50,214 bases of DNA from positions 1 through 50,214 of IMG/VR virus record IMGVR_UViG_3300019458_000045; one strand, given 5' to 3'. The stretch comes from a virus (lineage: Duplodnaviria > Caudoviricetes). The notes beneath the pieces were generated by a model, which was given only the letters and a program-made list of their open reading frames with translations, was not told where the DNA came from and ran no database searches. The position numbers and the translations under genes were made by a program. Numbering within the stretch: position 1 is the first letter of the stretch; each line of letters starts with the position of its first letter. Shown here piece after piece: positions 17,067-25,000 of this stretch.

Positions 17067-17531
17067 TTAACGCGCCAGCCCGCGAATAGTTGCCTCGATT
17101 GTCGCCCACCGCCGGGAAATCTGCGGGGCGGTCACTCCCAGCTTCTCCGCGATGTCGCACTGTCGGTACCCTTTCCGGGCCCATGCCAGCACTTCCCGAT
17201 CCTTCGGCCCCAGCCGGGCGCTAACCTCGTCCAGGAAGATACGGGCCGTCTCGTCCCGCCCCGGGGCGTGAAGGGACCGTGCCTCGTTGATCGGCCGTTC
17301 CCCGTCCGCCAACCTCTTGGTGCGCCGGATAGCGTCCGTAGACACGTTGACGAAGGCCCGGGACGCTATCTTGCGGAACTCGCCCCACGTCCTGCCTGGG
17401 TACTTCACGGACAGCCGCCATACCAGGGTTGTCATGTCCGCTACGGCCGCCTCAACGTCCCCGGGGCGCATCCGTCGGGCGACGTGGTACATGAGCGGGC
17501 GCAGACGGACTACCGCCTCCTCGAGGTTCAC
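17067..17531 (-). CDS. sigma-70 family (ECF-like) sigma factor
   Basis: Region 2-like 'GEFRKIASRAFVNVSTDAIRR' and region 4 HTH 'GYRQCDIAEKLGVTAPQISRR'. GTG start after GGGAGGA. Confidence 0.7.
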   Translation of the reverse strand: MNLEEAVVRLRPLMYHVARRMRPGDVEAAVADMTTLVWRLSVKYPGRTWGEFRKIASRAFVNVSTDAIRRTKRLADGERPINEARSLHAPGRDETARIFLDEVSARLGPKDREVLAWARKGYRQCDIAEKLGVTAPQISRRWATIEATIRGLAR

Positions 17532-17756
17532 TCCTCCCGCTCCGTCCGTGGCGCCCACCGTGGAGTATGCCCGTAGTGCCGCTCCCGGTCGAGCATCCGA
17601 AGGATGTCCTGAAGCTCCCGCGCCAGTTTGCGCGACGGCAGCGGGACTCCCATCCGCCGATAGGCTCGGCGGTGCCTCATGAGTGTTTGCCACTTTGACC
17701 CCCGTTTCCTAATCGGGAAACTGATACCATGACTACAGGCGCTACACCGCACGGGC

Positions 17757-18149
17757 CTACGCCCGGCAATCGCAAAGATCGGAGAAGTACACCGGGTCGA
17801 ACAGGCTCCCCACTTGGCGGTCCCGCCACGGGTCCCCGGGGCGGTGGAGCCCTTCCTGGGACAGCCGTATTTCCGCCCCGGTTGGAAGCGCATCGAAAAA
17901 CGTCCCGTGAACGTGCCAACAAGCGGCGGATGTCCGCCTGCGCTCTCCGCTCTTGACGCGGTGTAATCCGTGCTGCGCTCCCGGGCCGCGACGGTCCAGG
18001 ACTCGCAGGCGGACATTGTGCTTCTCGCTCCCGCCCCTTGTGTAACCGGCGGGGCGACAGAACAAGAATTGCACGTTGCCGCCGTAGTGTTCGTTGACGA
18101 TGTTCAGGGCGGCCTGAAGGTCTTCATACGACGCGTTGCGAACCAGCAT
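17757..18149 (-). CDS. hypothetical phage protein
   Basis: 130 aa, AGGGG RBS, 'AACWHVHGTFFDAL', ends CDC. Confidence 0.65.
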   Translation of the reverse strand: MLVRNASYEDLQAALNIVNEHYGGNVQFLFCRPAGYTRGGSEKHNVRLRVLDRRGPGAQHGLHRVKSGERRRTSAACWHVHGTFFDALPTGAEIRLSQEGLHRPGDPWRDRQVGSLFDPVYFSDLCDCRA

Positions 18150-18159
18150 GGCTATCCCC

Positions 18160-18861
18160 TTAAAGGGTGAATTCCTCCGCTTCCCCGCGTGTCAGGAAGA
18201 AATGAATCCCGCCCGCGCACTCGATCCACTTATCTGGTTCCCACTTGTGGGCCTTGACCATTTCCCCGGCCCGGTAGGCTGTTACCGCGTCCCGCAGGCT
18301 ATACCCAACATCCGCCCCGATAACGTCCAGGACGCGGACATGAGACGCTCGGCACTTTCGCCCCGTTGCGTTGGAGCGGGCCGCGTCGGCCGGGATTTCC
18401 AGTTTGACGATGACTTCTTTCTCGCCGCCCGGTTCCGCCTTACACTTTTTCCAACCGATGAAGGCCCCCTCCGGGGGCGTGATTTCAGTGGCTGGGAGGT
18501 CCGCCCCCTGGAGGTTCGCCCCCCGGAGGTTCGCCCCCCGGAGGTTCGCCCCCTGGAGGTCCGCCCCCTGGAGGTCCGCCCTCTGGAGGTACGCCCACTG
18601 GAGGTTCGCCCCCCGGAGGTCCGCCCTCTGGAGGTCCGCCCCCCGGAGGTCCGCCCCCTGGAGGTCCGCCCCCTGGAGGTCCGCCCCCTGGAGGTTCGCC
18701 CTCTGGAGGTCCGCCCCCCGGAGGTTCGCCCCATGGAGGTTCGCCCTCTGGAGGTACGCCCCCCGGAGGTTCGCCCCCCGGAGGTCCGCCCCGCCTGCTA
18801 CTGCGGTGGCCACGGATTCCCACTCCCCGATTGTCGAGCCGTCCAAGCGCTTGATCAGCAT
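18160..18861 (-). CDS. pentapeptide repeat protein with DUF5758-like C-terminus
   Basis: About 20 A(D/N)L(R/Q)(G/R) units, then 'FIGWKK', 'KLEIPADA.RSNATGRKCRAS', 'ECAGGIHFFLTR.EA'. Confidence 0.9.
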   Translation of the reverse strand: MLIKRLDGSTIGEWESVATAVAGGADLRGANLRGAYLQRANLHGANLRGADLQRANLQGADLQGADLQGADLRGADLQRADLRGANLQWAYLQRADLQGADLQGANLRGANLRGANLQGADLPATEITPPEGAFIGWKKCKAEPGGEKEVIVKLEIPADAARSNATGRKCRASHVRVLDVIGADVGYSLRDAVTAYRAGEMVKAHKWEPDKWIECAGGIHFFLTRGEAEEFTL

Positions 18862-18882
18862 ATATCCTCCGCTTCCCTAGTG

Positions 18883-19065
18883 TTATCTGTGACAGTATCC
18901 CGCCTCGATCAACCGAACGGCCATCCGGCCATAGCTTCCCTGTAGCGTCCAGGCGAGCCCAGTGTCGATCAAATGCTGGAACAGCCGGACGATTTCCGCT
19001 TCGTCTAGCTCTCCCTGCTCATACCGGATGATTGCGTCCACGTCATCGTATTGTGTGTTCTTCAT
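18883..19065 (-). CDS. conserved small phage protein
   Basis: '[10 protein letters not shown]...[26 protein letters not shown]'; GGAGG RBS. Confidence 0.75.
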   Translation of the reverse strand: MKNTQYDDVDAIIRYEQGELDEAEIVRLFQHLIDTGLAWTLQGSYGRMAVRLIEAGYCHR

Positions 19066-19136
19066 GGACTGTCCTCCGCAATTACCATGCCATACGAATC
19101 CTCGATTTCCACGCGGGATTCCATGTTCGACCCGAC

Positions 19137-19178
19137 AAATTTCGTCATTGTGACGGGAATTGTCAACAATTTGTGTCA
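19137..19178 (-). promoter_or_regulatory. early promoter/operator copy 1
   Basis: Minus strand AAATTG-TTGACA-ATT; plus strand GTGACG-GGAAT-TGTCAA (19150-19166). Confidence 0.55.
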
Positions 19179-19179
19179 C

Positions 19180-19491
19180 CTATCCCCATATGAATCCCGT
19201 ATCCGGCCGGAACGTCGCCCGGTACGGCGAGTACCTGCGTCCGCCCCCGTCCCGTCGATTGCAGGGACCGCATAGCGGCCGTAGGTTCCCGGCCTTCCAG
19301 TCCCGGATGTACCGCGTCATCCTGGACCAGCGCGAGAGCCGGGCCGGATCATAGTCCCGGCCGTTCGGATGATCGAATTGCAAGTCCTTGCGCGTCTTGC
19401 ACTCGGCGCACCGTCCGCCCATAACGCGGAACAGCTCTTTACGCTTGGCCTTAGCCCAACGTACCAACCGGGCGGATTTGGATTCCTGCAC
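19180..19491 (-). CDS. HNH endonuclease
   Basis: 'GGRCAEC...LQFDH...NLRPLCGPCN'; GTG start inferred. Confidence 0.75.
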   Translation of the reverse strand: MQESKSARLVRWAKAKRKELFRVMGGRCAECKTRKDLQFDHPNGRDYDPARLSRWSRMTRYIRDWKAGNLRPLCGPCNRRDGGGRRYSPYRATFRPDTGFIWG

Positions 19492-19501
19492 GTTGCTCTC
19501 C

Positions 19502-19699
19502 CTAATCCGTAGTGCCGAATTCCGGGCAATCGGGATACTCAGGCTCCGGCTCCCGGGGAACGTCAAGCTCGCAAGCGTAACAGATCCCCCGGTTATCCCG
19601 GTAGCATCCGCCGCACAAGTACACGTCGGCGTCGTGCCGGTCCATGTAGGCGCAAGAGAAGCTTGCGCCGGAACAGCCGCAGTTTACACAAGCGTACAT
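19502..19699 (-). CDS. small Cys-rich (Zn-binding) protein
   Basis: CVNC, CGGC and CYAC motifs. Confidence 0.55.
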   Translation of the reverse strand: MYACVNCGCSGASFSCAYMDRHDADVYLCGGCYRDNRGICYACELDVPREPEPEYPDCPEFGTTD

Positions 19700-19950
19700 G
19701 GGTTGCTTCCTTCCTGATATAGTACCGCGTCTTGGTCGAATTCGTTGCGAAGGCAGGCTGCCAGATCCCCGACGGCTTCCCCGCTCACTTCGATGATCCA
19801 GGTTTCCTCCCGCCTGCCTTGCCAGTACCCGATAGCGGGAATCAACGTGAATCCAAGGACACCGTAGTTAGCAAGGGCCCGGGCGAGAGCACCTTCGGGG
19901 ATGCGCGCCCCGTTCCTTGCATTGTCGCCACCTAGATAGATCCGGCTCAT
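19684..19950 (-). CDS. SAM lyase-like (T3 SAMase / DUF3574-type fold) protein
   Basis: 'GFTLIPAIGYWQGRREETWIIEV ... LAACLRNEFDQDAVL' pattern. Confidence 0.6.
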   Translation of the reverse strand: MSRIYLGGDNARNGARIPEGALARALANYGVLGFTLIPAIGYWQGRREETWIIEVSGEAVGDLAACLRNEFDQDAVLYQEGSNPCTLV

Positions 19951-19997
19951 ACCGCTAATCCTCGGGATGCGCCCCGGTCGGGGCGCATTGACGGGGA

Positions 19998-20204
19998 CTA
20001 GCAAACCTTGGTGATTCGCCCGTCCCGGACCGTTACTTGAGCATACCACTTGCGGACCGTGGGCGACGGCCCAACGACGGGGTACGTCCCGTCGCCCCGG
20101 TACTCCGGGCCAAACAGGGACGTTTCCAGGAATACCCGGCCCGCGTCACGGCCGACGAATCCGCGGAGATCCTTCTTGGTGCGGGCACCGTAAACGGACA
20201 TCAT
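19998..20204 (-). CDS. conserved small phage protein
   Basis: GGGGAGG RBS; 'TKKDL...ETSLFGPEY.GDG...RKWYAQVTV.DG.I.KV'. Confidence 0.7.
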   Translation of the reverse strand: MMSVYGARTKKDLRGFVGRDAGRVFLETSLFGPEYRGDGTYPVVGPSPTVRKWYAQVTVRDGRITKVC

Positions 20205-20294
20205 GGGTCTAACCTCCCCTCGCCACTATTGGCGCTATCAGTCTAGCAATCCCCTTGCCAACCGGAAACGCTCCGGCCGCCCAGGAATTGCAGT

Positions 20295-20672
20295 TTACCA
20301 CGGCCGAAATTTGTCATAGCGCCACGAATTGTCAACAATCTGCGTAATCCGTCCGCCTCGACCGTTCAACGCTCCTTCGAACAGGCAAGCGTAATGCGGC
20401 CCCCAACGTAGGGCGATCAGTCGGAAGTAGACGGCCGCATAGTCCGGCCCGTGATGGGCGAACCGGGGCGCTAGTACGTGGGCTACTTCATGCAGTACCA
20501 TTTTCTCGAATCGGGCCCACTTGGGTACCGTGATGTACCGACGTAGCGCACTACCCCCAGCCCTACGGCGGCCCCGGCCGTCCGCTACCGCTATGGGTCT
20601 ATTCTGTCCTGGGAAGGCTCTCCGGAACGCAGGGGACGATTGCAGGGACCGCACAATTGTGCCTACCTGCAC
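20295..20672 (-). CDS. HEXXH Zn metallopeptidase-like (SprT-like) protein
   Basis: 'MVLHEVAHVL....HHGPDYAAVY'. Confidence 0.65.
   Translation of the reverse strand: MQVGTIVRSLQSSPAFRRAFPGQNRPIAVADGRGRRRAGGSALRRYITVPKWARFEKMVLHEVAHVLAPRFAHHGPDYAAVYFRLIALRWGPHYACLFEGALNGRGGRITQIVDNSWRYDKFRPW
20306..20345 (-). promoter_or_regulatory. early promoter/operator copy 2
   Basis: Minus strand AGATTG-TTGACA-ATTCGTGGCGCTATGACAAATTT, closely matching copy 1. Confidence 0.55.
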
Positions 20673-21142
20673 TTCCGTCCCGCTCGGGAAACGGCCGTTA
20701 CCCGGAGACTAGGATACCCGTATCTCCATGCCGCATAGGGTAGCGGTGCGCTCGGTAGGTTGGAATCGTAGATGTCATTGTCCAGGAACGCTACGGCGTG
20801 GGCCGCTACCACGTAAACTGGACTGAGGAAAGCAAACATCAAGACACCGCGTCCGCTAAGGTTAGGGTCATCTGTAGATATGACAGTCCGTCCTAGTACG
20901 TCCTGGATTGCGTCCCCTACCTGTTGATTGTGGCGCTCCCATGCTCGATAGGCCCACGGCGTCAATTCGGCCACGGCACGGAACGGCCCCGGGTTAGATA
21001 GATCATAGTATCCATGCGGCCGTAGGGCACGGTCGTACTCCGCGAGCAGGGGTTCGGCGTCCGCAGGCTCGAATCCTTCCGCTTGCAGGATGGCGGCCAG
21101 TAGACATATCGGCCGCCCGTGCTGCTGTAGATGGGTCACCAT
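20663..21142 (-). CDS. hypothetical protein
   Basis: GGGAGG RBS before the ATG at 21142; overlaps the next gene. Confidence 0.55.
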   Translation of the reverse strand: MVTHLQQHGRPICLLAAILQAEGFEPADAEPLLAEYDRALRPHGYYDLSNPGPFRAVAELTPWAYRAWERHNQQVGDAIQDVLGRTVISTDDPNLSGRGVLMFAFLSPVYVVAAHAVAFLDNDIYDSNLPSAPLPYAAWRYGYPSLRVTAVSRAGRKCR

Positions 21143-21397
21143 AGCTGCTATCCTCCCGTGCCGTCGAACGTTTCCCATCCGGCGTCCGGATTGCCGTCCA
21201 GCGCCGCTATCACGCGGTTCGGGTCCAGGTAGGATAGGTCCCGTTCCTGGTCCCGGAGCGTATCGCCCGGGGCGCTAGTGGTCAGGCCCATGCGGGCACC
21301 TACACCTTCCGCCCGAACACATAGCGGACACTCCAGCAAGTCCTGTGCCGTGCCGGAACAGCCTAGATTCGCGGGAATCGCGGTTCCAAACTGGGAA

Positions 21398-21444
21398 GTG
21401 ACAAAAACTGTCAACAATTTGCGGAAGGTGACAGGAATTGTCAC
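21398..21444. promoter_or_regulatory. tandem GTGACA-N5-TGTCAM operators overlapping a minus-strand TTGACA
   Basis: GTGACA-AAAAC-TGTCAA (21398-21414) and GTGACA-GGAAT-TGTCAC (21428-21444), between divergent genes. Confidence 0.6.
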
Positions 21445-21537
21445 GTGGAAACCGCGAAATTTGCGGAATTTGGGCTGGCATGGGGATTGCGGGAAGGTCA
21501 GGGTGGAAAGAATGGGGGATGGATGATGGAGGAAGCC

Positions 21538-21735
21538 ATGTACACGGTCAGCAGCGTCAAGACTAGCGACACGCAGTACCCTACTCTCCGAGATGCGGCC
21601 CGGGCCGCTCTGCGCATCGACGCTGAGTATCAGTCCGCCTACGGCGTGCAGGTCGAGGGCCCGAGCGGACGGTCGCTCTCGACGGACGACCCATCAGACC
21701 TGCTCCGCCTCCACCTCGCGGCGGCCCGCGAGTAG
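21538..21735 (+). CDS. hypothetical protein
   Basis: GGAGG RBS, 65 aa, followed by a GC-rich hairpin. Confidence 0.55.
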   Translation: MYTVSSVKTSDTQYPTLRDAARAALRIDAEYQSAYGVQVEGPSGRSLSTDDPSDLLRLHLAAARE

Positions 21736-22007
21736 CCCCCGCCCGGTCGGCCCCCTGCGGGGGGCCCTCCGGTTGTGGACTGTGACACCATAGGTCGCAT
21801 ACGACCTGTGACCTATCCTGTCACAAAGGCAGCTAGCCTGCCTGCCACAATGACAGGGACAATTTGTCCCGCCATAATGGCAGGCTGCCATTGTGGCAGG
21901 CGGTCGAGTACGGAGTCCGGATTTTGTTAGACGGCGGGGGGGTGGAGGGGGGTGATACCCACCACGGACTTCCCGCATATTTCACCCATACACCATGGCC
22001 CGGCCGT

Positions 22008-22098
22008 GCCCATGCCCAGCCGTACCCCAGCTCAGTCGCGCCGCCCATGCCCAGCCGTACCCCAGCTCAGTCGCGCCGCCCATGCCCAGCCGTACCCC
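22008..22098 (+). repeat. 35-bp tandem repeat, about 2.6 copies
   Basis: GCCCATGCCCAGCCGTACCCCAGCTCAGTCGCGCC at 22008 and 22043, partial copy at 22078. Confidence 0.9.
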
Positions 22099-22666
22099 GG
22101 TAGCTCCGGGGGTGTCCAATCCATAGCCGGGTCCCATCCTCGGAGTCCCGGCCAACCGCCTCGTCTACCCGCGTATACGCGTATATACCGGCCACTTTCG
22201 TAACTGGGTGGTGCCCTGGTACGTACCTGTTTGGACCCCAAATTGCCATCTGTAACCCACTGGCTATCAACAGGTTGCAGGGGTGTTTTTCAGGATTCCC
22301 AAAAGCGGCCCTTGGCGGGGCATCCTGGGGGAGGGCCTGATCACGCCCTGGCAAGGGGTGGATTTGGGGTCGGCCGGTTGGCCGGTGGGTGGGCTGGCAG
22401 GTTTGGGTGGATTAGGGGGTTGGTACGGCTTAGGGGGTGGCCTGGTTGGGTGGGCTGGTGGGTAGCTGGTGCGAGACTGGCTGGTACCCCGGTACCTGAT
22501 CCAATGGCCGGGTCCTATCCCCGGAGTCCCATACCCGCCGGGCCCATGTATGGTTCCTGCTGTCCCACCGCAAGGAGACTACGTTTTATGAAGGGTCCGC
22601 GTAAGGCTGGGTAGGGTCTGCATAGACTCCCCTACAGACAGGATTCCGAAATTCCGACAATAGGGC

Positions 22667-22696
22667 TTGACTTTTGCTGGTGCAAAATGTTACACT
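22667..22696 (+). promoter_or_regulatory. sigma70-type promoter with palindromic spacer
   Basis: TTGACT-N18-TACACT with extended TG; TTTTGC-TGGT-GCAAAA palindrome lies within it. Confidence 0.7.
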
Positions 22697-22927
22697 CCTA
22701 ACCGGAGCGACTGAGTGAGTGAGCGAGCGCCGGGAGGCGCGAGCGAACGAACCCAGCCGACAGGGAAGGGACGGATGGCCGGGGTCGGGGGATGGATTTA
22801 TTCCTGCCGGTGATGGATTGTGTGTTTGGAACTGGCGGTTGGGTACGTTATCTTCATAGATTACGAGCGACGAGCGAAGCGAGGAGCGAGTACGACGAGG
22901 CGAAGCCGAGGAGTCACCCGGCAACCG

Positions 22928-22972
22928 GAATGGTCGAAATGGTCGAAATGGTCGGTATGGTTGAAATAGTCG
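22928..22972 (+). repeat. degenerate 9-bp tandem repeat (ATGGTCGAA), about 5 copies
   Basis: gaatggtcgaaatggtcgaaatggtcggtatggttgaaatagtcg. Confidence 0.8.
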
Positions 22973-22980
22973 TGGACCTG

Positions 22981-23031
22981 GGGTGAAAGCATCCCACCTC
23001 GCCCCTTGGGGGGCTCGGTGGGATGCTACCC
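22981..23031 (+). other. long leader hairpin
   Basis: AGCATCCCACC (22988-22998) pairs with GGTGGGATGCT (23017-23027); inner GCCCC/GGGGC and outer GGGT/ACCC pairs. Confidence 0.7.
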
Positions 23032-23083
23032 GGTGGTGATAATTACTAATAGCCGGTAGGAAACCGTGGTGGAGGAACCGTGT

Positions 23084-23365
23084 ATGAAGAAGGTGCTGAA
23101 GGTTCGTGTGGGGAAGTACCACATCCAGCAGGGCATCAGGTGTTCCCTGACCAAGTGCCCTGTAGCCCTCGCCATTAACTCCCTGCTGCCCTAGGGTCAA
23201 AGCGGGTGTGTGGCACCGGACAGCGTGGATATTGGGAGTTCCAGTGACTCCTGGTACAAGACGTTTTACTTGCCCCCGAAGGTGGTGGCCTTCATTTACG
23301 CCTTCGACACCGGCAAGCCTGTCAAGCCCTTCACGTTCAACCTGGTGGTGGAGTTGTGGGCGTAG
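23084..23365 (+). CDS. Cys-containing paralog B2 of the minus-strand selenoprotein; in-frame TAG at 23192-23194 (readthrough or pseudogene)
   Basis: GGAGG RBS. Reads MKKVLKVRVGKYHIQQGIRCSLTKCPVALAINSLLP*GQSGCV...LPPKVVAFIYAFDTGKPVKPFTFNLVVELWA. Confidence 0.65.
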
Positions 23366-23376
23366 GAGATCAACCC

Positions 23377-23562
23377 ATGGATTCCTCGGCAACCGGCAAC
23401 TGCCCCTACTGTTGCCATGCTCCCGAAGAGCACGCCAATTGGATGGGGTGCCGCTACCCCGTCGAGCGGGATGCCCTCGGATTCGTGAGGGAGGTTTGCG
23501 GGTGTGTCTGGACGGCCGGTCACGATGCCCAAGACAGGAGGACCGATGAACCCCATCCTTGA
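23377..23562 (+). CDS. small Cys/His-rich protein
   Basis: AGGAG RBS; CPYCCH...H...C...CGC. Confidence 0.55.
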   Translation: MDSSATGNCPYCCHAPEEHANWMGCRYPVERDALGFVREVCGCVWTAGHDAQDRRTDEPHP

Positions 23563-24136
23563 CGTGTACCGCGACGACCGCCTGATCCGCCACAAGTGGT
23601 CTGACGTGGCCCAGGACGGTCGCCAGCTCCTCTGTCTCTACACCGCGCTCGTTTCGGACCCAGCGGCACGCCCCTCGTCTTGCCCCCCCAACGTCGCCCC
23701 CAGGTGGGTGGCCTATCTTCTGCCATGGATGGATGATGCTGGGAGCGTGGAGGCATGGCCCCGCGTAGTAGAGCGGGTCGCGGCCCTTGCTCCACACCTG
23801 CATCGCCTATGTCCGGCCGCCGAGTGGCGCACGATGGCTATCATCATCCGTGAGGGGGTGCGGTATCTACAAGACGGACGGACGTTGGAGACTTGGGACC
23901 GTGTGGCTACGCTATACGAGCGGCTGGGACGCGGAGAGGATGTCCCGAAGGGGGAGTTCAATGAGGCGGCTGGGTGGGCCAAGGAGTTTGAGTCAGAGGC
24001 TTGGAGTGCGGCCGAGGTGGTAGTAGAGGCAGCAGCGGAGGGGGCGGACCTCCTGGTGGATGTGGTACGTGCGTCAGTGGCCGACCGCCTGACTGCGGCG
24101 ATCCTATCGGACTGGGAGGGTGAGTTGGGGGTATGA
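23546..24136 (+). CDS. hypothetical phage protein
   Basis: AGGAGG RBS, 196 aa, Ala-rich C-terminus reminiscent of 16472..17047. Confidence 0.7.
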   Translation: MNPILDVYRDDRLIRHKWSDVAQDGRQLLCLYTALVSDPAARPSSCPPNVAPRWVAYLLPWMDDAGSVEAWPRVVERVAALAPHLHRLCPAAEWRTMAIIIREGVRYLQDGRTLETWDRVATLYERLGRGEDVPKGEFNEAAGWAKEFESEAWSAAEVVVEAAAEGADLLVDVVRASVADRLTAAILSDWEGELGV

Positions 24137-24228
24137 CGAAGACGAAGACTAAGAAGAAGAAGCGGGCGCGGTGCCTGACGTGCCGCAGGAGAGCGGTGTG
24201 CTGCGGGTACTGCGGGTGGTGCCATTGA
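24133..24228 (+). CDS. 31-aa basic Cys-rich microprotein MTKTKTKKKKRARCLTCRRRAVCCGYCGWCH
   Basis: ATGA overlap with the upstream stop; CxxC...CxxC. Confidence 0.5.
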   Translation: MTKTKTKKKKRARCLTCRRRAVCCGYCGWCH

Positions 24229-24230
24229 CC

Positions 24231-24398
24231 ATGAGTTTCGCGTGTGACCGATGCGGCTCTAAGGCGGTGTTCGTGTGTACCGTATGTCGCGCCCCGTTCT
24301 GCACGGTGCGGGGATGCCCGCAGGGCGACTCGCATCATCCGTGCCTTCCGTATCCGGAAGCGATTCCGGACGACGGAGCGCCGCTACACGATACTTAA
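24231..24398 (+). CDS. small Zn-finger-like protein
   Basis: CDRC...CTVC....C...C....H..C pattern. Confidence 0.55.
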   Translation: MSFACDRCGSKAVFVCTVCRAPFCTVRGCPQGDSHHPCLPYPEAIPDDGAPLHDT

Positions 24399-24423
24399 GA
24401 ACCGCGAGAGGTAAATAGTGCCT

Positions 24424-24596
24424 ATGACTAAACACGTCGTCATGTTCTCCGGGGAGTCGGCTCGTGGGCGGCGGCGAAGCGCGTTGTCGAGAAGCACGGT
24501 GTTAAAGATGTAACCCTCCTCTTCGCGGACACGCACATGGAGGATGAAGACCTCTACCACGACTGGGGCGGGTGCGGGTGCGCCCTTTCGGGCTAG
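24424..24596 (+). pseudogene. frameshifted, internally deleted PP-loop (PAPS-reductase-like) gene remnant
   Basis: MTKHVVMFSG, then a shift at GGGG (24451-24454) into GVGSWAAAKRVVEKHGVKDVTLLFADTHMEDEDLY, joined directly to HDWGGCGC*. Confidence 0.7.
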
Positions 24597-24627
24597 CTTG
24601 GCACAGAAAATGACCAGGAGACAACCC

Positions 24628-24837
24628 ATGCCCAGGACCGGCGTACCGACAAACGGCGATTGGCGTTCCTCATCCACCGGCACCAAGCAGCATTACGGGC
24701 GCGGCCCCATGGCCGTATGTGGATCGCCGCGATTGTTCTTGGACCCGGTAGACACGTCCCGGTACAAGTGTGTCAGGTGCCTTCGCATCGTCAACGGCCG
24801 CAATCCGTTCGTCGTCGATAAGTCCGAGGAGGAGTAG
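24628..24837 (+). CDS. small protein with H..C..CxxC site
   Basis: AGGAG RBS; 'KQHY...VCG...KCVRC'. Confidence 0.5.
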   Translation: MPRTGVPTNGDWRSSSTGTKQHYGRGPMAVCGSPRLFLDPVDTSRYKCVRCLRIVNGRNPFVVDKSEEE

Positions 24838-24838
24838 G

Positions 24839-25000
24839 ATGCCATACACAGGCTCGGTGTGCGACTGTTGTCGTCTGTGCGCCACCCACTGTCCCCGTGG
24901 GCCGGACTGTTTCGAGTTCGAGTCGCGCCGTTATGAGGATGGAGAGTGTGCAGACTGCTCCAGGCTCCCCAGCGAACCCGGACCCGCCGACCGAGTGTGA
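24839..25000 (+). CDS. small Cys-rich protein
   Basis: GAGGAG RBS; CDCC.LC..HC....DC...CADC. Confidence 0.45.
   Translation: MPYTGSVCDCCRLCATHCPRGPDCFEFESRRYEDGECADCSRLPSEPGPADRV

Noticed and set aside
18136-18945. Repetitive ORFs in alternative frames (EVRPL, GRTSR, GGPP repeats)
   Set aside because: They are by-products of the 15-bp pentapeptide repeat in 18160-18861.
22008-22098. 35-bp repeats as a CRISPR array, given the Cas4-like gene
   Set aside because: The repeats are head-to-tail with no spacers. The Cas4-like nuclease is a common stand-alone phage exonuclease and no other cas genes are present.
24133-25000. TGA stops of Cys-rich microproteins (24226, 24998) as further Sec codons
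   Set aside because: 24226 is followed by another TGA two codons later and a new ATG. Neither has the GC-YGGAY-GC hairpin at the 19-21 nt spacing.
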